Source: a virus
Taxonomy: Duplodnaviria; Caudoviricetes
Length of the DNA: 64,000 nucleotides
Virus record (IMG/VR): IMGVR_UViG_3300029305_000878
Location: 3,469 to 67,468 of that record
Direction: 5' to 3' (one strand)
Made by a program: the position numbers and the translations under genes. Below the pieces are notes generated by a model. That model was given only the letters and a program-made list of their open reading frames with translations. It was not told the origin of the DNA and made no database searches. Position 1 is the stretch's first letter. Every line of letters starts with the position of its first letter. Positions 29,383-36,043 of this stretch are shown here, piece by piece.

Positions 29383-29673
29383 ATGGAAAGAAAGCAATTT
29401 GTGACTGTTTTAAAAGGAGACCACAAGTTAAATAAGGAGTATGTTAGAGGTAGAATTTCAGGTATAGCGTATATTATATGTAAACCCAAACATCCGGGTA
29501 TGAAGGTTAACGGATTATGGGTGTACAATAAGTACGGATTCTGGACGTTCATACACGAATTTACTCCTAAGCAATATGCGGAATTCATTAAGACTATCGA
29601 AGAACTTTATCCGGGATTGTGTATCGCTGATGAAAGTATACAAGCGTGCAAATCTACAAAAAGAGGGGCTTAA
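29383..29673 (+). CDS. Hypothetical protein, YPGLC family (paralog of 35593-35865)
   Basis: AAGGAG RBS before ATG 29383; C-terminal TIEELYPGLC. Confidence 0.8.
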   Translation: MERKQFVTVLKGDHKLNKEYVRGRISGIAYIICKPKHPGMKVNGLWVYNKYGFWTFIHEFTPKQYAEFIKTIEELYPGLCIADESIQACKSTKRGA

Positions 29674-29690
29674 CACAGCCTCTTCTTTTT
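29661..29690 (+). terminator. Cassette terminator
   Basis: AAGAGGGGCT taacac AGCCTCTT followed by T-run. Confidence 0.75.
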
Positions 29691-29694
29691 ATAT

Positions 29695-29721
29695 TTCGCG
29701 ATTGAAACAAACCCTATTATG
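29695..29721 (+). promoter_or_regulatory. Class-E motif copy 3
   Basis: TTCGCG attgaaaCAaaccc TATTATG. Confidence 0.8.
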
Positions 29722-29751
29722 GAAGGATAGCATTCAGAAAGGGTGAGAAAA

Positions 29752-29976
29752 ATGGATGAAATGAAACTAAAATTGTCTACAAGATTTATGAGAGGCGTAT
29801 TGGCTAAACTCGTATCTAGAAAGATCAAGAAGCAATATGGATACAAAATCGATATTTACTTCAGCGAGATTGACTTAGATATGCAGGATGGACAAACACA
29901 CCTACATCTAAACGTAGACCTAGATCTTAGTAGCGATGAGTTCAAGAAACTGATGAAAGCTATTGACGAAGATTGA
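29752..29976 (+). CDS. Hypothetical protein (74 aa)
   Basis: GAAAGGGTG RBS; own promoter and terminator. Confidence 0.8.
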   Translation: MDEMKLKLSTRFMRGVLAKLVSRKIKKQYGYKIDIYFSEIDLDMQDGQTHLHLNVDLDLSSDEFKKLMKAIDED

Positions 29977-29998
29977 GCCTACAAAGGCTCTTTCTTTT
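29975..29998 (+). terminator. Cassette terminator
   Basis: GAGCCT acaa AGGCTC followed by T-run. Confidence 0.75.
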
Positions 29999-30002
29999 AT
30001 AT

Positions 30003-30029
30003 TTCGCGATTGAAACAAACCCTATTATG
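30003..30029 (+). promoter_or_regulatory. Class-E motif copy 4
   Basis: Identical to copy 3 over 35 bp (29687-29721 = 29995-30029). Confidence 0.8.
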
Positions 30030-30053
30030 AGAGAATACAAGGAGGGATTTAGA

Positions 30054-30206
30054 ATGAGAGCTTTGGACATTGTAAAACCAGTTTGTACAGGATTTGTATG
30101 TGGGGCAGTGTTAGCCGTACTATCAAAACCATTCAAACTACATGTACAAGTCGGAAAGAGAGATATTCGAGTCTCATCCGAAGAACGATCAAAAAGAGAG
30201 GCTTAG
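30054..30206 (+). CDS. Small membrane peptide (50 aa)
   Basis: AAGGAGG RBS; VCTGFVCGAVLAVL hydrophobic segment. Confidence 0.7.
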   Translation: MRALDIVKPVCTGFVCGAVLAVLSKPFKLHVQVGKRDIRVSSEERSKREA

Positions 30207-30223
30207 CACGGCCTCTTCTTTTT
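30194..30223 (+). terminator. Cassette terminator overlapping stop codon
   Basis: AGAGAGGC ttagcacg GCCTCTTC followed by T-run. Confidence 0.75.
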
Positions 30224-30227
30224 ATAT

Positions 30228-30254
30228 TTCGCGACAAAAACAAGTCCTTTTATG
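30228..30254 (+). promoter_or_regulatory. Class-E motif copy 5
   Basis: TTCGCG acaaaaaCAagtcc TTTTATG. Confidence 0.75.
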
Positions 30255-30291
30255 GAAGGAAGATCAGCACATATTAAAGGAGGAGTTTAAA

Positions 30292-30462
30292 ATGTTATTC
30301 GAGAAAAAATTCCAAGTCGTTGAAATCCGTGAAAGCGGTGCAGTGATTACGCACTACTTGAAGGGACGTAAACATGACGTGAAGAAAGATGTCGAAACAT
30401 TTAAACAGAAAGCTAAACATTATGAGATGATCGGAAAAACAGGAATGGTTGTGTGGGCGTAA
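30292..30462 (+). CDS. Small basic hypothetical protein (56 aa)
   Basis: AAAGGAGG RBS before ATG 30292. Confidence 0.75.
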   Translation: MLFEKKFQVVEIRESGAVITHYLKGRKHDVKKDVETFKQKAKHYEMIGKTGMVVWA

Positions 30463-30488
30463 TGCTTACACTCCCTTTTTCTTTTACC

Positions 30489-30536
30489 TTAGGTATCATG
30501 TACACCCCCATGAATGAGGTCTTATATGATACCAAA
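30489..30536. other. Candidate attP for the serine integrase
   Basis: Inverted repeat GGTATCATGTA (30492-30502) / TATATGATACC (30523-30533), non-coding, immediately 3' of int. Confidence 0.6.
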
Positions 30537-30540
30537 AATA

Positions 30541-30566
30541 GAAAAAGCCCCATTTCTAGGGCTTTC
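30541..30566 (-). terminator. Integrase terminator
   Basis: AAAGCCC-N8-GGGCTTT with an A-run on the + strand (U-run on the - strand). Confidence 0.75.
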
Positions 30567-30574
30567 TGAGACTT

Positions 30575-32215
30575 TCAATATTTCAACTTTATCGATATTT
30601 TGTACGGCGGAGTGTAAAATACGTCTTTTCTTCCGAGTTTTTCGTAACCGTATTCGTGCTTATTTTCATTTGTAATCTTTATATTCGGAGGTCTATCAAA
30701 CTCGATTCTATCGATTATATCTTTCAAATATTGGTTCTTAGTTTTAGCATCGAGCTTAGGGTTGTTCAGAATTTTCAACGCGTCCGTAAACTTCAGTATC
30801 CTATCCTTATAGTCTATCTGTCTAGGCATAGAGTCTTCGGCTTTTTCCAATGCTTTCTTTATTTCTTTCTTATCTTTTAATAGCTTTTCATTCAATCTCT
30901 TAAAGACATGTTCCGGCATTCGCTTTTCGGGATCGGGGTCGTGTAGTGCTTCCCACTGAGCAGCTTCCTTATCGTCAAGCGCTTCGAGTTTTTCTTTTAA
31001 TCCTGCTACCAAATCTTTATGGAGTTTTATAGAATCGTCCTGGTCATTTTTAACCATCATCTTAAAATCGGATATGCAATCTTTTATAGCGCTCTTTATA
31101 TATTCCATAGCCTCGTCAAATGGGACAGATCCACTTTTACAATGTACCTGGTTATTACATCTTAATTTTGGTTTAGCGAATTCAACGCCTCTCCGTACGT
31201 AAGTATTATAACCTATCTTAGAACCGCAAGCTTTACAAAACATTATTCCACTTAGCGGGTTCTTAAGTGTCAAGTCCATCTTCGCTCTGTGTCTATTACC
31301 TTTTATTTCTCTCGCTCTATAAAAGAGTTCCTCCGAAACTATCCCGTCGTGCTTGCCGTCAAATATTAGATATTCGTCAACTTTCGCTTTCGGTCTCAGT
31401 TTCTTTATTTCTTGGTCTTCAATTATAGTAATCGTCTTTCTCCAGTTCCAACGTACACACCCTATATAATGGACATTCTCGAGTATGCTAAATACGATAG
31501 GAGTTCGCCAAATAGAACCGCCAGTTTTAGTCTTCGCACCTAGTGCTTCAAGTCGTCTACATATCGCAGTTACTCCTATATCTTCATTACAATACCATTG
31601 AAATATTAATCGTACTATATCTGCCTGGTCTTTTCTCTCTTTCAACGTATGGTGTACCTTTTTACCGTCCTCGATCGTGGTTCTATCGAAGCCGTACGGA
31701 GCAACGGAACCTATGTAGTTCCCTTGTCTAACGCTATCCAATTTACCCCTTAATGATATTTTCTTGAAGTAATTTAGGTATTCGTTACCACGTTTTAGTT
31801 CTCTTTCAAAAGCATCTCTATCGTACTCATCTCGTAAGTCGTATATTTTGCCTGGAGTGATTACGTACGTATTCGTATATCGAAGTAACTTAATAAGTCT
31901 TCCGGCATCTTCGAGATCGCCACGACTTAACCTTTGGACGTCTATAACGAGTATTGCTTTTATATCCGGGTTCTCAATCGCTTTTAGTAACCGGGTCATT
32001 TCCGGACGATCTTTTATCGACTCTCCGGAGCCGACTTCTTGAAAGTTATGCTCATCAGGTATAGCGCCGCCGAGATAGCGTTCGGCATATTCATTAAGCA
32101 TCCTATCATGTTTCTCGAGAACTTCTTCGACTGATAAGTACGGATCATCGAATCTCGATTTCCTACCATATTTGTAAACTTCGTACCAATAAAATGTTGG
32201 ATATTCTTTATACAT
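30575..32215 (-). CDS. int: Large serine recombinase (integrase)
   Basis: Catalytic YGRKS, DVQRLSRG, recombinase domain, zinc ribbon CKACG...C...C, coiled coil; 546 aa. Confidence 0.95.
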   Translation of the reverse strand: MYKEYPTFYWYEVYKYGRKSRFDDPYLSVEEVLEKHDRMLNEYAERYLGGAIPDEHNFQEVGSGESIKDRPEMTRLLKAIENPDIKAILVIDVQRLSRGDLEDAGRLIKLLRYTNTYVITPGKIYDLRDEYDRDAFERELKRGNEYLNYFKKISLRGKLDSVRQGNYIGSVAPYGFDRTTIEDGKKVHHTLKERKDQADIVRLIFQWYCNEDIGVTAICRRLEALGAKTKTGGSIWRTPIVFSILENVHYIGCVRWNWRKTITIIEDQEIKKLRPKAKVDEYLIFDGKHDGIVSEELFYRAREIKGNRHRAKMDLTLKNPLSGIMFCKACGSKIGYNTYVRRGVEFAKPKLRCNNQVHCKSGSVPFDEAMEYIKSAIKDCISDFKMMVKNDQDDSIKLHKDLVAGLKEKLEALDDKEAAQWEALHDPDPEKRMPEHVFKRLNEKLLKDKKEIKKALEKAEDSMPRQIDYKDRILKFTDALKILNNPKLDAKTKNQYLKDIIDRIEFDRPPNIKITNENKHEYGYEKLGRKDVFYTPPYKISIKLKY

Positions 32216-32244
32216 ATTTATCCCCTCTTGCTAGTATTTTCATG

Positions 32245-32292
32245 TTGTGTCAGACAATTTCTTCTTTTATAATTACTTCGAACATTCGTTCC
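32245..32292 (+). promoter_or_regulatory. SigmaA-type promoter with Gram-positive LexA (DinR/Cheo) box
   Basis: TTGTGT-17-TATAAT (32245-32273); CGAAC-ATTC-GTTCC at 32279-32292. Confidence 0.65.
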
Positions 32293-32330
32293 TGCCAAAC
32301 CAAGATTACAGAAAGGCTGTGGAATACCGC

Positions 32331-32435
32331 ATGAAAGAAGATTATATTTTACAAATAGCAGAACGCTTAGAAGCGTGTACCGACTTAGGTTTACTGGATT
32401 TGATACTTCAATTACTAGACAAAAGTATCCAGTAA
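32331..32435 (+). CDS. 34-aa candidate SOS-induced antirepressor
   Basis: GAAAGG RBS; MKEDYILQIAERLEACTDLGLLDLILQLLDKSIQ; downstream of the LexA box and convergent with the repressor. Confidence 0.5.
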   Translation: MKEDYILQIAERLEACTDLGLLDLILQLLDKSIQ

Positions 32436-32777
32436 CTTACTCAGACTCTCTATTTTATTTTTATCTAGATACATTAACTTCTCTACGACTTCTAGCAGTT
32501 CCTTATTCATACGTAGTTTGACAATGATTGTAGCTAGAGCATCGTTGTCCTTTTTCTTTTCCTCAAAATCCTCTATTAAATCAGACTTCGAAACACCGAA
32601 GTATACTGCCAATTTCTCTATATTATTAATTCTCGGATATTTCTTACCATTGATCCAATCGGTTAACGTGGAGTACGCTAATCCTAAATCGTCAGCAACC
32701 TCCTTTCTATCTTTACCACGCTTAGCGATATACATTTTTAAATTTCTTGCTAATACATCTTTGTTTTCCGGGGCCAT
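32415..32777 (-). CDS. XRE-family HTH immunity repressor without S24 peptidase domain
   Basis: RKEVADDLGLAYSTLTDWINGKKYPRINNIEKLAVYFGV; GAAAGGAG RBS; 120 aa; upstream of int. Confidence 0.88.
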   Translation of the reverse strand: MAPENKDVLARNLKMYIAKRGKDRKEVADDLGLAYSTLTDWINGKKYPRINNIEKLAVYFGVSKSDLIEDFEEKKKDNDALATIIVKLRMNKELLEVVEKLMYLDKNKIESLSKLLDTFV

Positions 32778-32799
32778 ATTCAATCTCCTTTCATATATT

Positions 32800-32903
32800 A
32801 AGGTACATTAAAAACGCTAAGAATGCAAAATTTTAACCTTCAAAGCGTTGACAAAGTTATTCTAGAATAGTAATATTTAATCTAGATTAACGCTTTAAGC
32901 GTT
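32800..32903. promoter_or_regulatory. Divergent immunity promoters and operators
   Basis: Rightward TTGACA(32848)-17-TAATAT; leftward TTGCAT-17-TACCTT (32828 to 32800); AACGCT/AGCGTT half-sites at 32813, 32844, 32889, 32898; TCTAGA palindromes. Confidence 0.75.
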
Positions 32904-32939
32904 TTAAATACTGCTTTATGCAATAAAAAGGGGCCGAGC

Positions 32940-33155
32940 ATGAAGAAATACGAGTATGAGAACGCTACGGTATACATAACAATACCGACTGAAAAACACT
33001 TGGAGAACATTAAGAAGGCGACCGAGGTGTTTTTGAAAAAAGCCATGAAAGAGGGTGTGTTTGATAATGACCGGAAGAGACGAAGTAATCGAAGAATTAG
33101 TAAGCCTGATTCTAATGCAAGACGAAGAGATAAAAAAGCTAAAAAAGAGAATTAA
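32940..33155 (+). CDS. First early-right gene, hypothetical (Cro position)
   Basis: First ORF after the rightward promoter; AAAAGGGG RBS. Confidence 0.65.
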   Translation: MKKYEYENATVYITIPTEKHLENIKKATEVFLKKAMKEGVFDNDRKRRSNRRISKPDSNARRRDKKAKKEN

Positions 33156-33207
33156 TCAAATTAAGCAATACATAGAAGTTTACGAAGAATACATACGAGG
33201 TGAATAA
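33067..33207 (+). CDS. Small coiled-coil protein (46 aa; not in ORF track)
   Basis: AAGAGGGTG RBS; MTGRDEVIEELVSLILMQDEEIKKLKKRINQIKQYIEVYEEYIRGE. Confidence 0.55.
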   Translation: MTGRDEVIEELVSLILMQDEEIKKLKKRINQIKQYIEVYEEYIRGE

Positions 33208-33210
33208 TAC

Positions 33211-33630
33211 GTGGCTACAAAAGTACGACCTATGATATCTGAGAAAAGTAAGTATTATATTGATAAGCATCGTCATTACGAGCTAAAGCATTTCTGTTTA
33301 CAATACCCGACTTGGAAGAAAGCATATGCCGAGTTCAATGACCCGAGTATACCCTTATCCATGATCGACAAAATGCCGACTAGCAACATTCCAGGCGATC
33401 CAACAGCAAAGCGAGCTATGATGAGAGCCCATTATTCTGAGAAGATAGAGTTAATCGAAAAAGCAGCCAAGGAAGCCGATAGGTATTTATACGATTATAT
33501 TCTGCGCGGAGTCACGGAGCAGCTATCTTATACATATTTGAAATCTAAGTTAGATATACCTTGCAGCAAAGACATGTATTATGACAGATACAGACGCTTT
33601 TTCTGGATATTAAGTGAGGCGCGCAATTAA
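33211..33630 (+). CDS. Putative RinA/ArpU-like transcriptional regulator
   Basis: 139 aa helical protein; C-terminal LSYTYLKSKLDIPCSKDMYYDRYRRFFWIL resembles the sigma-4-like tail of RinA/ArpU. Confidence 0.45.
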   Translation: MATKVRPMISEKSKYYIDKHRHYELKHFCLQYPTWKKAYAEFNDPSIPLSMIDKMPTSNIPGDPTAKRAMMRAHYSEKIELIEKAAKEADRYLYDYILRGVTEQLSYTYLKSKLDIPCSKDMYYDRYRRFFWILSEARN

Positions 33631-33644
33631 CACGCTATGTTATG
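33618..33644 (+). promoter_or_regulatory. Class-E motif copy 6
   Basis: GGCGCG caattaaCAcgcta TGTTATG. Confidence 0.65.
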
Positions 33645-33671
33645 GATAAATTTAATGAGGAGGTACTCGAA

Positions 33672-33800
33672 ATGAGTAAAGGAAGTTTTGGCGCAGGCTT
33701 TATAGGATTTATATTAGGCTTGTTGACATGCGGATTGTATACGTTATTCAAACGTAATAAATCTGAAAAACAGCTTACTATATTTCATCATGATGACTAG
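33672..33800 (+). CDS. Small membrane peptide (42 aa; not in ORF track)
   Basis: GAGGAGG RBS; MSKGSFGAGFIGFILGLLTCGLYTLFKRNKSEKQLTIFHHDD. Confidence 0.7.
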   Translation: MSKGSFGAGFIGFILGLLTCGLYTLFKRNKSEKQLTIFHHDD

Positions 33801-33850
33801 CGCAAGCTAAAAATTAAATAGAGTGCACATTTGAGTTGTATTCAAAAGAC

Positions 33851-33877
33851 GGGGTCCAAGTGCGGACTCTTTCTTTT
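33851..33877 (+). terminator. Cassette terminator
   Basis: GGGGTCC aagtgc GGACTCT followed by T-run. Confidence 0.65.
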
Positions 33878-33902
33878 CGCCAAAATAACATCTTCTATAA
33901 TG
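33876..33902 (+). promoter_or_regulatory. Class-E motif copy 7
   Basis: TTCGCC aaaataaCAtcttc TATAATG. Confidence 0.7.
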
Positions 33903-33956
33903 GAGGGATTCGTATACCTTCAGAAGCAAAAATACATATTTAAAGGAGGATTTATT

Positions 33957-34229
33957 ATGGCAAAGAAAGAGCTTAGTAGCGACGCCGTTCTCAAGGAAAC
34001 GCGGTTCGTTAGTGATGTGCCGAGTATACTATACGTTGGAGGTATAGTCGTACTTGGTTGGATCATTTATCGATCCGGGTATAGTTCGGGAATTGACGTT
34101 TCACGCAGAGTTTTACGAAGACATGATAAAGACGAACGTAAAATGAGGAAAGAAGCAGCGAAGCGAGAGAAGGAACTCCGAAAGGAACTGGCTCCGGAAA
34201 AGGAGAAAAAAGGGTGGTGGCCCTGGTGA
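33957..34229 (+). CDS. Single-pass membrane protein with basic tail (90 aa)
   Basis: AAAGGAGG RBS; ILYVGGIVVLGWIIY. Confidence 0.75.
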   Translation: MAKKELSSDAVLKETRFVSDVPSILYVGGIVVLGWIIYRSGYSSGIDVSRRVLRRHDKDERKMRKEAAKREKELRKELAPEKEKKGWWPW

Positions 34230-34242
34230 GTCACCAAAGGCG

Positions 34243-34271
34243 AGAGGCTCAGTACAGGGTCTCTTACTTTT
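34243..34271 (+). terminator. Cassette terminator
   Basis: AGAGGCTC agtaca GGGTCTCT followed by T-rich run. Confidence 0.7.
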
Positions 34272-34275
34272 ATAC

Positions 34276-34302
34276 TTCGCGGAAAATTCATCTTCTATTA
34301 TG
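34276..34302 (+). promoter_or_regulatory. Class-E motif copy 8
   Basis: TTCGCG gaaaattCAtcttc TATTATG. Confidence 0.75.
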
Positions 34303-34333
34303 AGTAATAAATAAAACAAGGAGGAAAAGTATT

Positions 34334-34537
34334 ATGTCAGTACCTACTACCTTATGTTTAGTCGGTTTTGGTACAACAGCTATCGCGATTGGAGGAGCAT
34401 ACGTATACAAGAAGTATAGGGATATCAAGCTCGAATTGCAGGTAGCGAATACCAAAAACGAGTTAAACGACAGGATTATTTCGGCACAGCAGAAATTACT
34501 TGACGAATTGGAGACAAAGCTCAAAAGGAAGGGATAA
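34334..34537 (+). CDS. N-anchored membrane coiled-coil protein (67 aa)
   Basis: AAGGAGG RBS; LCLVGFGTTAIAIGGAYVYKKY. Confidence 0.75.
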   Translation: MSVPTTLCLVGFGTTAIAIGGAYVYKKYRDIKLELQVANTKNELNDRIISAQQKLLDELETKLKRKG

Positions 34538-34550
34538 GTGTAAAAAGATT

Positions 34551-34576
34551 GAGACTTACACGAGTCTCTTTCTTTT
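34551..34576 (+). terminator. Cassette terminator
   Basis: GAGACTT acac GAGTCTC followed by T-run. Confidence 0.75.
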
Positions 34577-34580
34577 GGTT

Positions 34581-34612
34581 TTATTCTAGCTTAGAAGTTT
34601 TTAATCTAGATT
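34581..34612. promoter_or_regulatory. Distal copy of an immunity-region operator-like element
   Basis: TTATTCTAG-N10-TTTAATCTAGATT, same spacing as 32857-32888. Confidence 0.55.
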
Positions 34613-34702
34613 GATATTTTCCGGACGCAGGTGACGAGAAATGATGTTAAATTTGTAAAGTGAAAATTTCCCGGGGTGGAGTTTTCGAAAAACATTTCGC
34701 CC

Positions 34703-34729
34703 TGCGCGATTTAAACAGACCCTATTATG
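34703..34729 (+). promoter_or_regulatory. Class-E motif copy 9
   Basis: TGCGCG atttaaaCAgaccc TATTATG; one mismatch to copy 15, 24.6 kb away. Confidence 0.75.
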
Positions 34730-34762
34730 AAAAGTATTAAAATAGTAAAGGAGGAAACTAAA

Positions 34763-35116
34763 ATGGAATTGAAGGACTTATTGCGCGAAGATATTGAACG
34801 TGAACATCAGTATTTGAGTGAACAAAAAGTCGGGAGCGACGAGTATAATGACTCGCTTAAGAGATTGACTACTCTTGAGGAAAAGTTGTTTGATCTGGAG
34901 AAATTCGAGTCCGAGTCTGCACAAAATGACATGCGGATGAAAGATGAGAAAAAAGACAGATTGATCAAGAATGTCTTAGAGAGTATTAAGATCGGTAGCG
35001 GCATTGTAGTACCGTTGATCGGACTTGTTTGGATCACGGCAACAGAGAAAGAAGTTACGTTCTGTGGCGCGCTTAAGGAATACACAAGACTGTTTATCCC
35101 TAAGAAGACTGTTTAA
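34763..35116 (+). CDS. Coiled-coil protein with C-terminal TM segment (117 aa)
   Basis: AAAGGAGG RBS before ATG 34763; IGSGIVVPLIGLVWI. Confidence 0.75.
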   Translation: MELKDLLREDIEREHQYLSEQKVGSDEYNDSLKRLTTLEEKLFDLEKFESESAQNDMRMKDEKKDRLIKNVLESIKIGSGIVVPLIGLVWITATEKEVTFCGALKEYTRLFIPKKTV

Positions 35117-35131
35117 CACTATTCGAGGACG

Positions 35132-35160
35132 GAGTCTATGGAGACATAGGCTCTTACCTT
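35132..35160 (+). terminator. Cassette-type hairpin
   Basis: GAGTCTATG gaga CATAGGCTC tt. Confidence 0.6.
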
Positions 35161-35176
35161 TCGCACGGAGGTGTTT

Positions 35177-35536
35177 ATGCGATATCACTACGAAAAGCCA
35201 GCCATATATTCGTCTATGTATGGAAGTGTATATACCTGCAACCATCCGGTATACGATCGCTGTACGTTATTTCAGATAGGTAAAAAGGGACTAGCCGTCA
35301 TACAGCAGCGATTCGACGAAGATAGCAAGAGTACTTGGTGGGGCGAGATAGATCCATGGTTAACCGACGCTCTATATTTACACCCGAATTTTAAAAAGTT
35401 CTTCGACGAGCGTGCTGGAGAGCGTACGGACGATTTATATCCTACTATAACCATCCGACAAATGATGTGGGCGTTAAAAATTAAGCCTATAGCTAAAGAG
35501 CGCTGGGAAACATGCTTCGATAGACGCTCTATTTGA
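35177..35536 (+). CDS. Hypothetical protein (119 aa)
   Basis: GGAGGT RBS; aromatic-rich ORF filling the gap. Confidence 0.75.
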   Translation: MRYHYEKPAIYSSMYGSVYTCNHPVYDRCTLFQIGKKGLAVIQQRFDEDSKSTWWGEIDPWLTDALYLHPNFKKFFDERAGERTDDLYPTITIRQMMWALKIKPIAKERWETCFDRRSI

Positions 35537-35537
35537 A

Positions 35538-35564
35538 TGCGCGAAGTTTGCAACTCCTATAATG
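35538..35564 (+). promoter_or_regulatory. Class-E motif copy 10
   Basis: TGCGCG aagtttgCAactcc TATAATG. Confidence 0.7.
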
Positions 35565-35592
35565 AAAGTAAAATCTATAGGAGGAGAAAGCA

Positions 35593-35865
35593 ATGAAAGG
35601 AAATATTGTAAGAAGGTTTACTACTGTGATTATGGACGCTACTGACGAGTTAGCGAACAACATTATATGCAGCACGTTTCAGATGATGACGAGGAGACCG
35701 AAGTGTATAGAGAGAGGATCTCTTATATTCGATAACGAGGAACATCCGACGAGAGTAGCATTCGATGTTGTGACAGATGAGGATACGTACGACCGTATAC
35801 AGAGAACTATTGAAATGTATTATCCGGGATTATGTGTATTTAATCTACCGATGCGCTTTCAATAA
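35593..35865 (+). CDS. Hypothetical protein, YPGLC family (paralog of 29383-29673)
   Basis: AGGAGGAG RBS; TIEMYYPGLC. Confidence 0.8.
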   Translation: MKGNIVRRFTTVIMDATDELANNIICSTFQMMTRRPKCIERGSLIFDNEEHPTRVAFDVVTDEDTYDRIQRTIEMYYPGLCVFNLPMRFQ

Positions 35866-35871
35866 GGAATC

Positions 35872-35897
35872 AGAGCCGATCAAAGGCTCTTACCTTT
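35872..35897 (+). terminator. Cassette terminator
   Basis: AGAGCC gatcaaa GGCTCT tacc ttt. Confidence 0.6.
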
Positions 35898-35902
35898 GGT
35901 GA

Positions 35903-35929
35903 TCCGCGAAAATAACAAGGTGTATTATG
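35903..35929 (+). promoter_or_regulatory. Class-E motif copy 11
   Basis: TCCGCG aaaataaCAaggtg TATTATG. Confidence 0.7.
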
Positions 35930-36006
35930 AGAGGACGTATTATGCGGAATTCGAGAAATCGAATCGGTGGAGTTCGGCACCGCTGGGCCGCCACCTACGT
36001 TCTCTC
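35929..36006 (+). ncRNA. Candidate structured leader / small RNA
   Basis: 11-bp outer stem GAGAGGACGTA/TACGTTCTCTC enclosing ATTCGA-GAAA-TCGAAT and CGGTG/CACCG hairpins. Confidence 0.4.
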
Positions 36007-36043
36007 TTAGCTTTCGCAAAACTAACGAAAGGTGTGGAGGAAA

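Noticed and set aside
30575-32215. Serine recombinase as the enzyme that shuffles the cassettes
   Set aside because: It has its own adjacent attP-like site with no similarity to the cassette junctions, and is linked to the repressor as in ordinary lysogeny modules
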